The position numbers were made by a program, and so were the translations under genes. From positions 806,001 through 870,000 of the forward strand of contig CM035353.1 in assembly GCA_020137815.1 (NCBI GenBank): a stretch of 64,000 nucleotides of DNA, written 5' to 3'. Below, in pieces: positions 33,282-44,365 of the stretch. This DNA comes from Hormiphora californensis (Eukaryota; Animalia; Ctenophora). Position 1 is the first letter of the stretch, and each line of letters begins with the position of its first letter. Under the pieces are notes generated by a model. The model was not told the DNA's origin and made no database searches. It saw nothing but the letters and a program-made list of their open reading frames with translations.

Positions 33282-36200
33282 ATGCCCGGAGATGACATAC
33301 AGTATGACTATGACTACGTGAGTGAATCGGACTGCATAGATCCATCACGACGCTGTTACCAGGTCATCTCCAAAGGGAAAGGTATGCTGAAACACATTTG
33401 ATCAAGTTACTTGTTGTTTTGTGGTGAGTTCCTTGTAAATGAAAACATTGAACAAACTTGTAATAACTTCAAATATCCCAGTTCTCCAAACTGACTCTGC
33501 TTGTGTGTTCTGTTGTTGGAAATGCGGTGAAATATTTAAAGCCTTCGTTTTACCTACATTCTATTCCCTGGTAGTTGCAGGTAAGATTATCACTTGATCT
33601 AACACAAATAATTGTCATTATTTTATTATCCCAGAATTGATAAAAAACCTAATTCTTATGGCTATGTTATACCAACATATATTTCAGGTTGTATTGTATA
33701 TTGTTATCAAATCGTTTCAAATTACATAAACTCAGTACGGCACCCTATAGAAACTCTCTCCTATAAACATGTGAGTAATTTAGTAACCTGGCACTGTGTT
33801 CGTCATTCGTGCCTGACACTGTGTCCGTGCTACGTACAAAAAAGTATGAATAATTCAAGTGAACTAAAGGACATTAAAAGTTTGTAGCGAGCTATAGCTA
33901 GTTAAGTATTCGATCATATTGAAATTCCTGGTTTTCAGGCGGACGTTTATGAGGCACCTGGTATAGCTGTATTCCTATACGACAATGCAAGCTTTGTTAG
34001 TTGTGAGAAATCATATGCCATACCAGAACACAAGTTAGTGATTTCATAATATCCCATATCTACCTGACTTCGACCCGGTTTGGAAAGGGCAGTCTTTTGT
34101 GAGACAGATGTTTTTGTACCCTTGAGAAAAATCTTAACCCCTAGGGTAGAGCGGGGTAGACGGCGGAAAGCTGGCGGTGTAGGATCTTTACTAAGAGAAG
34201 GAGGAGGAGGAGGAAAATCACCAGATACCACACCTTGCATTGTAAATCTTATTGAAACTATAACTATTAATAACTATTGTAATCATATACATATTAATAA
34301 CTCTTTTTGTTTAGATGCCGTGTCTTTATCATGCTAATCTCTTTTCAGTTTTCAGCTATATCCGACTACGAAAGTGTTATGTCCAGAACAAACACGTCTA
34401 TGATGGTATTCCAGGGACCTTCCAATGTCGCTCGACGGGAATTCATGAAGATACACTTCAAGTAAGTGGGCGGAATGACGGGCGGTGCAAAACACACACA
34501 CACTTCAAGTAAGTGGGCGGAATGACGGGCGGTGCAAAACACACACACACACAATCAATCAATTCTTTCCCTCCCCGGGTGGAATCAAAGCATCGAATGA
34601 CCATTGATCGTTTTAGCATGTATGTGGTAAAAAGATGCCTATTACAAGAAATTGAGAGACAATAAGGCTGCATAATTCGACATATCTCTTCATTTTGTTA
34701 ACCAAGTACGAAGTTATTTGATTTCCCGCAGCTCACTTTCATTTCCAGATAAAATTACGCATTTGGTTTTAAAAGCTTGATTATATACAGCAATGATACA
34801 GGGTGTTCATTTTGGATCTTTACAAGCGTTGGGCTTCACCCAGAAAAAATTTGACAAGATTAGGTCATGAAACTTCATACTTGGACTAATCTATACCCTC
34901 ATTCAAGGTTCCTGGGGGTTTTGGAGCTTTAGGACCCTGGGAAGTGTGTTTTTGGCATCAAAACTACCAGAAGGAATTTTTTGCTGGTGCTGAGACTTTG
35001 CTAAAATGTTTTTTGGGTGATTTCTATGTCAATTCTAAAGTTTCATAGAGATTGGATGTGTTTTTCAGACTCAAAATTTCGTAAAAAGTGGCTGGAAAGA
35101 CTCAATTTTAGCCGTTTTTGATCTGTTTTCGAGCCTTTCCAGCCACTTTTATCGAAATTTTGAGTCCGAAAAACACATCCAATCTCTATGAAACTTTAGG
35201 ATTGACATAGAAAATACCCAAAAAACATTTTAGCAAAGTCTCAGCACCAGCAAAAAATTCCTTCTGGTAGTCTTGATGCCAAAAATACACTTCCCGGGGT
35301 GCTAGAGCTCCAAAACCCCCAGAAACCTTGAATGAGGGTGTAGAATGGTCCAAGTATGAAGTTTCATGACCTGATCTTGTCAACTTTTTTCTGTGTGAAG
35401 GCCAACGCTTGTAAAGATCCAAAATGAACACCCAGTATGTGTAGAATAATATATATTGATGTTACATGCCATATTGATGTTACATGATATGCCATATTGA
35501 TGTTACATACCATTGATTAGATACTATGTACATATATGTATGTACTATATACATATATAAAGTCGGATTTGAAGTTGTCACCCCCCTGGGTGGCGTGTGA
35601 GTTTTTATTTGCGCGTCGGAAGCTTGTTTTGGCTCTCACGCCTTTGTTTCTTGACCAATTTCGTCAAACAAAACTTTTACGGACTCACAAAATTATGCTC
35701 TTTCCGATGATATGCGGCTTTTTGCCGAAAAGTGAAGGCAAGTGGGGGCTGTCACGCACAAATACGACGCTGCGCGTGAAAAGGGGGTGACAGTTTCAAA
35801 AAATCCGACTTTATATATATTCGGACTTATAGCTTGTTTTTACTCTTCCACTTCTTAATTTTACGAGCCAACATCTCACAATCATAGTCAAATAAGAAAC
35901 AATCATCTTTGAACCACTGCACAAATGCATCAATGGTATCGTCAGGAAGCTGTCCATAATATTCAAAAACATCTGCATACTGAGAGTCCTTCCTTTCATC
36001 GTTAATATTTGCCTTGTTTCTGTTAGTTATAATTTTAATGTCCGATGCTCCGATTACATCCAAAAACATGGGAAATTCACACGTATAATCCTCTGTTTTT
36101 AGGATAAACTCATAGTCCATTTTACACGGTGCACACTGCTCAGTCATCTCGGCCCAGTGCACGTTCCGCCAGTGATCTGTTAGCAGGTTCTTGATGAACT

Positions 36201-39200
36201 CTGGGAAAGTTGCCGATATAGGCTTGAGATAAGGATTGGTAGACCCCTCCACATAAAGACTTACACCCCTCTCCATGGGGATTGTTTTAGACAACTCCTT
36301 GGCTTGATTTAGTAATTCGTCCCTAGTGCTACGATCTTCGAATGATATAAATCTATGGTGCCGAACTATTTCATTAAAAATGGGGTCTCTATAGGGGTTG
36401 GTTGATCGTATGGCCTGGATTTTATCACGATACGCCGAGAGAACTCGATCAAAAGGATTTCGCACGGTTAACAGTTTAGGAGTTCCCGGAGGTGCACTCT
36501 TTTTGTCGAATCCCTTCTCTCTCCATTGGCCTGCCCCAATATATTTGCTACAAATTTGAGCACTAAAGTAGGTTGGACAAAAGTTTGACCCGGTAAAAGA
36601 ACTGGCAGCTTTGAAGATGGGGCAATAAACTATCCCCTGATTTCCTGTCTTGTCCAAAAACCATTTTTCACTTGGGACGGAGTCTTGTCTGTATTGTTTC
36701 AGGCTCTTACATCGCTCCCTGACTAATTCCCTGCGCTCTTTCATTAATTCTAAAAATATCTCCCGGTCAGTGGAGCAGTTTTTGGCGGACTCAGGCCGTT
36801 CTTGGCTGGGGTCAGTAGGTTCAAACACATCTTTTTGTATATCTTCGAACCCGGGTTCTGCTTCATTGTTCCGATGTACATCATTAGAACATATTGTTTT
36901 CTTCATCGGTTCCGAGATGGGATGTGAAAGAATGAGTGCCCCTAGAGTCATGACCACCGTCGTGTAGATGACCAAGAAAAGAATCTTCGTGGGGGTGCCA
37001 TATGTAGGTTTTATCTTCATCATGGGGAGCTGAATTCTAACAAGAATATTATTTGCACTATGTATCCATAGTGCCGTGTTTCCCTGCCGTCTGAAGTTTC
37101 TGAGGTCATGTGATCGAGATCTGATTGCTTCAAATTAGCTGAGACACCAGGGACCGACCGAAACAAGTAAACAACCAATCAGAACTCGTTATTTAGGTCA
37201 CGTGACTGGTTATCAGCCAATCAGGGACCAGTATTTTCTGCAGGGCACCAGGGAATCGCAGGGAGAATGGAGAATCCCTGGTGCCATAGTCCATACTCCC
37301 TGAAAAGCCGCACAATTTCCGTTACATCATGATATTTCATGAAACCAGTTATTTGGTTTGATATCGTGACTATTTCAAATCCGAGATTTCTAAACCCTGT
37401 GGCCTGTATGATCTTTTTAGCACACGTGCTAAAATATTATCTGGAAGGATGCCTTCGGCATCCACCCGGGCAGGGAAAAAATATTAATATCGATTTTAAT
37501 TACAAACCATGTTGGGACAGAGTATAAATATAGCATTCAGTGAGATCCTAAGACTAGTTGGCGGTCAAATATATACACGCACGTTATTCAAATGAAGAGA
37601 AACGCGTAAAAAAGGGAACGGGTCAGCTGAATCGCGAGCAGGGTGTACGTAACCCCCAGCTCGCAGTTAACGTGTACGTGTAAAATCTTCAAACGACTGA
37701 TAAAACAGCTATCGGCGTTTATACAACTATGCCTCATACAAATTTGATCTGAGCCATAGCTAGTGATCTGAGCCATAGCTAGTGAGAGTGAGAGGCACGT
37801 GAGAGGCACGTGAGAGGCACGTGAGAGGGTCGTGAGAGGGTCGTGAGAGGGTCGACGGTCGTGAGTCGATGAGTGATCGAATAATATAATATCGAATAAT
37901 ATAACATCGCACAAATTAAAACCATTTACAGATCATGAATCATGATAAATCCAATAATAATAATATAATAATACTCATACCAGCTGAATCGCGAGCAGGG
38001 TGTACGTAACCCTTGTTTTGTTCAAGGGAGGGTCGAACAAGGCAACGTAACCCCCCAGCTCGCAGTTAACATGTGCGTGTTAAATCTTCAAACGACTGAT
38101 AAAACAGCTATCGGCGTTTATACAACTATGCCTCATACAAATATGATCTGAGCCATAGCTAGTGATCTGAGCCATAGCTAGTGAGAGTGAGAGGCACGTG
38201 AGAAGCACGTGAGAGGCACGTGAGAGGCACGTGAGAGGGTCGTGAGAGGGTCGTGAGAGGGTCCTGAGAGGGTCGTGAGAGGGTCGTGAGAGGGTCGTGA
38301 GAGGGTCGTGAGAGGGTCGTGAGTCGATGATCGTGATCGAATAATATAACATCGAATAATATCGCACAAATTAAAACCATTTACAGATCATGAATCATGA
38401 TAAATCCAATAATCTATACTAGTAGGCCCGTTCGCCATACGGGCGAATTTCGGGGAAATGGTAGCTGGATTAGGGAACGCTGACATCACCTGCACCATCC
38501 GTTCCTAGCCTATCTCTCACTTTCTCCCTATAGGGTAGCCACTGGCTATTTGAAACAGTTTTTCACTTTTTTCCCTTGCCTGCCCACAAATCAAGTCGAA
38601 CCCAAATTTTTTTGACCTTGTGTTACCGAGACAGTCCCTGGGTAGTTTTTTGGGTGGTTGGAGATGTCTCATTTTGTCTTCCGGGGCCAGGGTCACGTGA
38701 TATCTATCCAAATTTGGTGTTTCAGATAGCCCGCCTCGGTCTGCTAATTTGAAACACCCGTATCTCCCTCAATTTCTCCACGAAACCGAAATTTTTGACA
38801 TGGAATAGTTAGAAAAGGGTTGTGCAGAGCCATTCCATGTCTGAAATCTGAATTTGTTTGCATGTGCTTGGTGCAGTGAATGTTTCCAAAAAGTGTTTCA
38901 AATAGCCAGGAAAACGGTTTTTGCCGCAAATTCGGCCAATTTTTGGCGGAAATGGCTAAACTCATAATTCATATGCTAGCCCTATGCTCAAAATGAACAT
39001 CAAAAATTTCCGACAGCGGATTTGGAGAAAAGTGTTTCAAATAGCCCTCCGCGGTGTTTCAAGTTACCAGACTCGCTTGCCCTGCAGCTCATAACATAGC
39101 GAAAACCACTGAACCCGACTAATTTCGATACGCTGAATCACGTAAGCAACTTTTCCAATCCGTATGAGGTCGATAAAGTGCCCTAATTGAGTATAATTGG

Positions 39201-42200
39201 GTCTAATTGACCTTAATTGCTCAATTAAGGCACTTTCCCGACGTCTGAGGGATTGGAAAGGTTGCTTACGTGATTCAGCGTATCAAAATTAGTCAGAAAA
39301 GTGCCCTCACATAAGTATAAATCATTTCCAGGTGAAAAGTTGTAAATGGGGTCAATAAGACCCAATTATGCTTAATTAGAACACTTTTCCGATCTGAGAC
39401 GGAGCCCAGAGGTTTAAAAAGCTATTTATAATTATATTTAAGTTTCTCAATTTTCATTTTTTGAAATAAAAAGGAAATTTTTGAATTTTTTGTTTAAAGA
39501 CAAGGATTGTTTCTATTCCAGAATTTAAAACAACGGCATGAGTACCTACTGTTTGCTATGCATCTCCCAAGACAAGCTACTACATACGCGGCACTACGTT
39601 TCAAATAGCCAGACGGCAGACGGTAGTATGAAAGATTAGGTCGTGCGCGCCAAATGGCGCCAAATGGCGGCATCATATTCGCCAAATGGCGCCACGTGGC
39701 GAACAAATGGCGCCATTTGGCGCCAAAATGTGGCGAGTGCGCACTATCGCCAAATGGCGCCATTTCTGGCGCCAAATGGCGCCAAATCTGGCGCCACGTG
39801 GCGCCACGTGGCGATCGCCATTCGCCAAATGTTGGCGACTCTTGGCGGTATCGCCACGTGGCGATGGTACAAAGTCTGAAAAAAAACATGCGCAAAATTG
39901 TTATCGCCAAATGGCGCCATTTGGCGCCATTAAGTGATCAGGAGATCAAGTCGCCAAATGGCGCCGTTTGGCGACATCTGGCGCCGTTCGTCGCCAAATG
40001 GCGCCGTTTGGCGCCAATCTTCACAAAATGGCGCCAAATCGCGCATCCATTGGCGACGCCTCTAGGTAGAAAACACCACGACTCCAAGAAGTACACCCCA
40101 GAAATCTAGAATTTCTGGTCGGGGTACCTCTAGGCTGGGGAACGTAACCATAGTGCTACATCCCTTCATCTCAGCCCCTCACGGGGCTGAGACAGCCTCT
40201 ACGAAGAAGAAGAAGAAGAAGATGTAGCACTGACAATTTGAATAGTAAGTAGTATATTATAATTTGGAAATGCCAGTCCCCATAGTTACCAATTCAGTTG
40301 CCATGGCAACCGTGTCGAAAGGGGCGAAAAGAACCACCAGGCGAAGCCGGGTGGGTTATCAAAAAGCCCTTACTTGAGTGCACCCAATGGGTGCGCTAGT
40401 AATAATAATATAATAATACTCATATTTATATCCTGCCCATATTCTACAGGGACAGCAGAGCTTTACAGATGCTGCCACTGGAGGAAACTCAGAGCAGTTA
40501 ACTAACACTTAACTTAACCCAAAAAACGGTGGAAAACTCTAAATTATCCGGCTCACATAAGTGGAAAACAGATTAGGCTCATAACAGACCAAAATAGAAA
40601 AAAAAACTCGAAAAAGGCCACAGGTTATATGTCACCATGCTGTTACTTGATCACTCCATATATAGACACAGGTCAAATGTTCAGACAACAGATTCTAAAC
40701 AACTGGGATAAATGAAAATCGGAATAAAATTACACACTCGTGCTTCACTCATGCTGCAAAAACCCATCGAATAATGTTCAGTTAAAAACTTGTCACGAGG
40801 TAAGATACAGACTGACTGAATTTTGTCTCCTTGCACAGTCTTCCGAAACTTCCCGGTACTCGTTGTAGTGGATTTCAACCGGATGATCGTTAGGCCGTGG
40901 GTGCTGAAAAGTTCATTCAGGGTTTAGAAATCAGCAGTATGGGGGGGGGGGGGGGGTTTCTCTCCCCCGATATAAAAGAAATGTGTCCGTAACGTAACTA
41001 TACGTCACCACACGCATAAAACGCTCTTCATCAAATCAAATGCTCCAAAACTGTTGCACACGCAAACTATTGCGACTCGATAGCACAGAATCTGGCGATA
41101 ATGGATCTCGATGGCGATCGGTTGGCAGGGAAACACAGCATTAGGAAACATAATGTAAAAACTATTCTTGTTATTGTAGAAAAACGCGTTCCCAAACTCG
41201 TGTGATTGATTTTTGAAGCGTGCATTAACAATTGATTGATCACCGCCTCACTTTTCAGGGTGGATCAAGAGAAAGCTGACCCTGACATTGGTTTTCTGGA
41301 GTTCTTTCCCTTTGCAAACTTTTCTGAGTGGAGTTTAGAATACAACAGTTCCCAGAAATATCTTCAGGTACGTTTCCATATATTAGACTGAGCGTCCCAG
41401 AAATAATTTCTAGCTCATAGAAGTTGCTTCATGACTGCATTCTGTATATCATTCCTAATATCACAATTTTATTGTTCGATCAGACCCGAGAGAAGATTCA
41501 GGATATTTGGCCCCTTGCAGTGGGATTTATAACCTACTCTCGCCTTGCAATTCGGAAGTTTGTCCCACACAGAGTTAACGGTAAGTTATCCATCGGTCTG
41601 ACACAAGTAAACAACCAATCAGAACTCGTTATTTATGTCACGTGACTGGTTATCAGCCAATCAGGGACCAGTATTCCCTGGTTCCATTACATGATCCATC
41701 GGTAATATTGAAGGCGATCCTTCTGCATTGGCAGTCTTATTCCCCATGATCTATCGTGGTAATATATCGGAGCAGTCTTATTACTAAAATATTGTAACAG
41801 TTCTCAGTTACAATATTTTAGTTCTGATTGGTTGTTTGCTTGTTTCGGTCGGTTCCTGGTAGACACTAGGATAGTTTCTTCTCGATCTCGATTCGATCTT
41901 TAGGTAACTAAAGATCGAGATCGAGAAGAAATCGAGAAGAAATCGAGAAGAAATCGAGAAGAATCGCCGGTTCCTAGTAGACACTATTTAAGAGCTAACC
42001 AACATTCTAATAGACACGGGCTGGCCAGATAGTGGTTTAGAGAAGACGCTGTTTAACCCGGTCAATGACATTGTGAAATACCTACCTCCTGATGCTCCCT
42101 CTAACTATACACCAAGGTAGTTTAAATATTATGACACCCTAATGACTTGGTGACACCTGGCGCTACCGAGATTGAGCTCACACACGCGGGGGTCGCGCTA

Positions 42201-44123
42201 GGTGTCTATGTCACCAACCTAATGACACCCTAATGACACCCTAATGACACCCTAATGACACCCTAATGACACCCTAATGACACCCTAATGACACCATTAT
42301 GACACCCTAATGACACCCTAATGACATCCTAATGACAACCTAATGACATCCTAATTACACCCTAATGACACCCTAATGACACCCTAATGACACCCTAATG
42401 ACACCATTATGACACCCTAATGACACCCTAATGACACCCTAATGTCACCCTAATGACACCATTATGACATCCTAATGACACCATTATGACACCCTAATGA
42501 CAACCTAATGACACCCTAATGACACCCTAATGTCACCCTAATGACACCATTATGACACCCTAATGACACTCTAATGACACCCTAATGATACCCTAATGAC
42601 ACCCTAAAGACACCCTAATGTCACCCTAATGACACCATTATGACACCCTAATGATACCTTAATGACACCCTAAAGACACCCTAATGTCACCCTAATGACA
42701 CCATTATGACACCCTAATGACACCCTAATGACACTCTAATGACACCCTAATGACACCCTAATGACACCCTAATGAGACCCTAATGACACCCTAATGTCAC
42801 CCTAATGACACCCTAATGACACCCTAATGACACCATTATGACACCATTATGACACCATAATGTCACCCTAATGACACCCTAATGACACCATTATGACATC
42901 CTAATGACACCATTATGACACCATTATGACACCCTAATGACACCCTAATGACACCATTATGAGATTATCATGGTAAAATCTCGTCCTGTTGTAGGTACGA
43001 GAACATGTATGCTATCTTCGAATGGAGGGATACTGAATATGAGGTACAAATCATATTATTGAGTTTAATTTTAATTATGAAATCGGAAGATTTCAACCGC
43101 GTGACACACACTGAAGTTCGAAGTTTCGCAGAAGTATGGAATCAACCATTTTTGACTGAGAAATAATTGTCAAGAGGCTAATTTCTTCACTGTTGCATCT
43201 CTCGAGGTGACCTTTATCCATACTGAGTAAATTTCACCGTTTTTGGCATTTTTGGTGAATTGGGGAACTGTGCATGACCGGATTAGCCAAAAATACCGTG
43301 AAATTAACTTGGTATGGATAAAGGACACCTCAAGAGATGTACCAGTTAAGAAATTAGCCTCTTTGAAAATTATTTCTCAGTCAAAAATGGTTGATATCAT
43401 ATTTCCGCGAAACGTCCGATTTCATTATTACCGCCATGCACACATTTATCATTTCATCAAGAATACTTCTGAAACAGGTCATTGAACACGTTGAGACACA
43501 GAATATTTGGACAACAGTGGGACTCATGGTAACTGCAATTCTAACTGTTCTAAGGATGTTTGATCTGACAAAGGTAGGAACCAAATAAACTTAAAAATCG
43601 AAAATTGAAACAAGCCCGAGACTGTTCAATAACTGTTCAATGAATAACTGTATTTAATTGTGACAGTGCTAACAGACGAAATTGTCCCCCTCAGAAGACA
43701 CTGCGGTAACCTTGTGAGGACAGTGCAGTAGCCTGTCTCTAGTCTCTATTATACTCAGTCAACAATCTGCTGCATACTTGTACCATGACACGCAGCGGTT
43801 TCTAAAACATTGTTGTAGCGCGCGAAACACTTTTTGTTGGCAAGTCCGCGCGGTCACATGTCGCGCGCAATGTACACGGAATACAATATACACAAAATGT
43901 ATACTCCTGGATTGTTATGACCTCTCTTTACATTGTGGGGCGGGGCGCACGAAACACAGTCTAGCTAGGCAATTGCTGGATTGACACGAAGTTAGAGCCG
44001 TTCTTTGACCGATTTCCCCCTCAGGTCATAGTGCGAAGACAGAAGGTACGATACGGCCAGTCCCGACTGAGCTTTCTCAGCCTATGTACCTGCTGTGACC
44101 CAAATGTTCCGGAAACCGATTAA
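33282..44123 (+). CDS. PACC1: Proton-activated chloride channel PACC1/TMEM206 homologue; exons about 33282-33381, 33482-33580, 33688-33770, 33938-34032, (one junction unresolved), ~34356-34461, 41259-41367, 41483-41580, 42014-42116, 42995-43043, 43478-43573, 44025-44123
   Basis: RHPIETLSYKH|ADVYEAPGIAVF..FVSC, VFQGPSNVARREFMKIHF, WPLAVGFITYSRLAI, AIFEWRD and VETQNIWTTVGLMVTAILTVLR match TMEM206 KHPVMSVSYKEVDRYDAPGIALY, VQGPREVKKRELVFLQF, WKFSGGFRTWVKMSL, VVFEWKD and IVTANPWNTIALLCGAFLALFK. Two TM helices. Confidence 0.85.
34799..35435. mobile_element. Palindromic Tc1/mariner-type MITE (TA|CAGGGTG...CACCCAG|TA)
   Basis: Two ~315-bp arms that are near-perfect reverse complements; TA flanks. 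Confidence 0.88.
35556..35815. mobile_element. Small MITE with TIR taaagtcggattt...aaatccgacttta
   Basis: Inverted ends between TA-rich flanks; partial copy at about 49559-49588. Confidence 0.7.
35827..37023 (-). CDS. Golgi carbohydrate sulfotransferase (Sulfotransfer_2, CHST8-14-like), intronless CDS, nested antisense in a PACC1 intron
   Basis: Type II TM anchor, 5'-PSB YCPIFKAASS, 3'-PB VRNPFDRVLSAYRDK, HW....CAPC..YEFI.K.E. Confidence 0.92.
   Translation of the reverse strand: MMKIKPTYGTPTKILFLVIYTTVVMTLGALILSHPISEPMKKTICSNDVHRNNEAEPGFEDIQKDVFEPTDPSQERPESAKNCSTDREIFLELMKERRELVRERCKSLKQYRQDSVPSEKWFLDKTGNQGIVYCPIFKAASSFTGSNFCPTYFSAQICSKYIGAGQWREKGFDKKSAPPGTPKLLTVRNPFDRVLSAYRDKIQAIRSTNPYRDPIFNEIVRHHRFISFEDRSTRDELLNQAKELSKTIPMERGVSLYVEGSTNPYLKPISATFPEFIKNLLTDHWRNVHWAEMTEQCAPCKMDYEFILKTEDYTCEFPMFLDVIGASDIKIITNRNKANINDERKDSQYADVFEYYGQLPDDTIDAFVQWFKDDCFLFDYDCEMLARKIKKWKSKNKL
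37624..38412. repeat. Tandem ~360-430-bp duplication containing (gtgagagggtc/gtgagaggcac)n 11-mers
   Basis: cagctgaatcgcgagcagggtgtacgtaaccc at 37624 and 37981; matching downstream blocks. Confidence 0.85.
38413..40399 (+). mobile_element. Non-autonomous Helitron (5'-TC ... hairpin, CTAG-3'; A|T insertion)
   Basis: ccaataa|TCtatactag ... gcacccaatgggtgc gCTAG|taataataatataataatactcata. The uninterrupted site is present in the duplicate at about 37945-37980. Confidence 0.85.
39643..40060. repeat. GC-rich array of palindromic TGGCGCCA/CCACGTGG motifs inside the Helitron
   Basis: Many aaatggcgcca and gccacgtggc units. Confidence 0.85.
42216..42962. repeat. 11-bp satellite (taatgacaccc)n in a PACC1 intron
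   Basis: About 65 units with variants ttatgacacca and taatgtcaccc. Confidence 0.95.
43078..43426. mobile_element. Degenerate foldback MITE in a PACC1 intron
   Basis: atcaaccatttttgactgagaaataatt...gaggctaatttctt versus aagaaattagcctc...aattatttctcagtcaaaaatggttgat. Confidence 0.75.
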
Positions 44124-44365
44124 ATCGGTCTTGGAAGTGAAATGAAGTGACTGGATCAGACATTAGACAATTTATCAGTATACCACGGGAGAGATTGTGA
44201 TATGAGAGAAAAGTGCTGGACGCTTTGATATAATTTGGTTTGTTTGTGTTTGGGTTTTTACGATTTCCTATTTTTGAAGAAAATAAAATCTCAATTTAAA
44301 TTGTTGAAAATCATCCAAAACATCAATCAATTCCGCAAAATCTCTTTTCACTGGACGTGTTTCAT

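Noticed and set aside
39494-40109. Trp/Arg-rich ORFs
   Set aside because: Translations of the TGGCGCCA palindrome array inside the Helitron.
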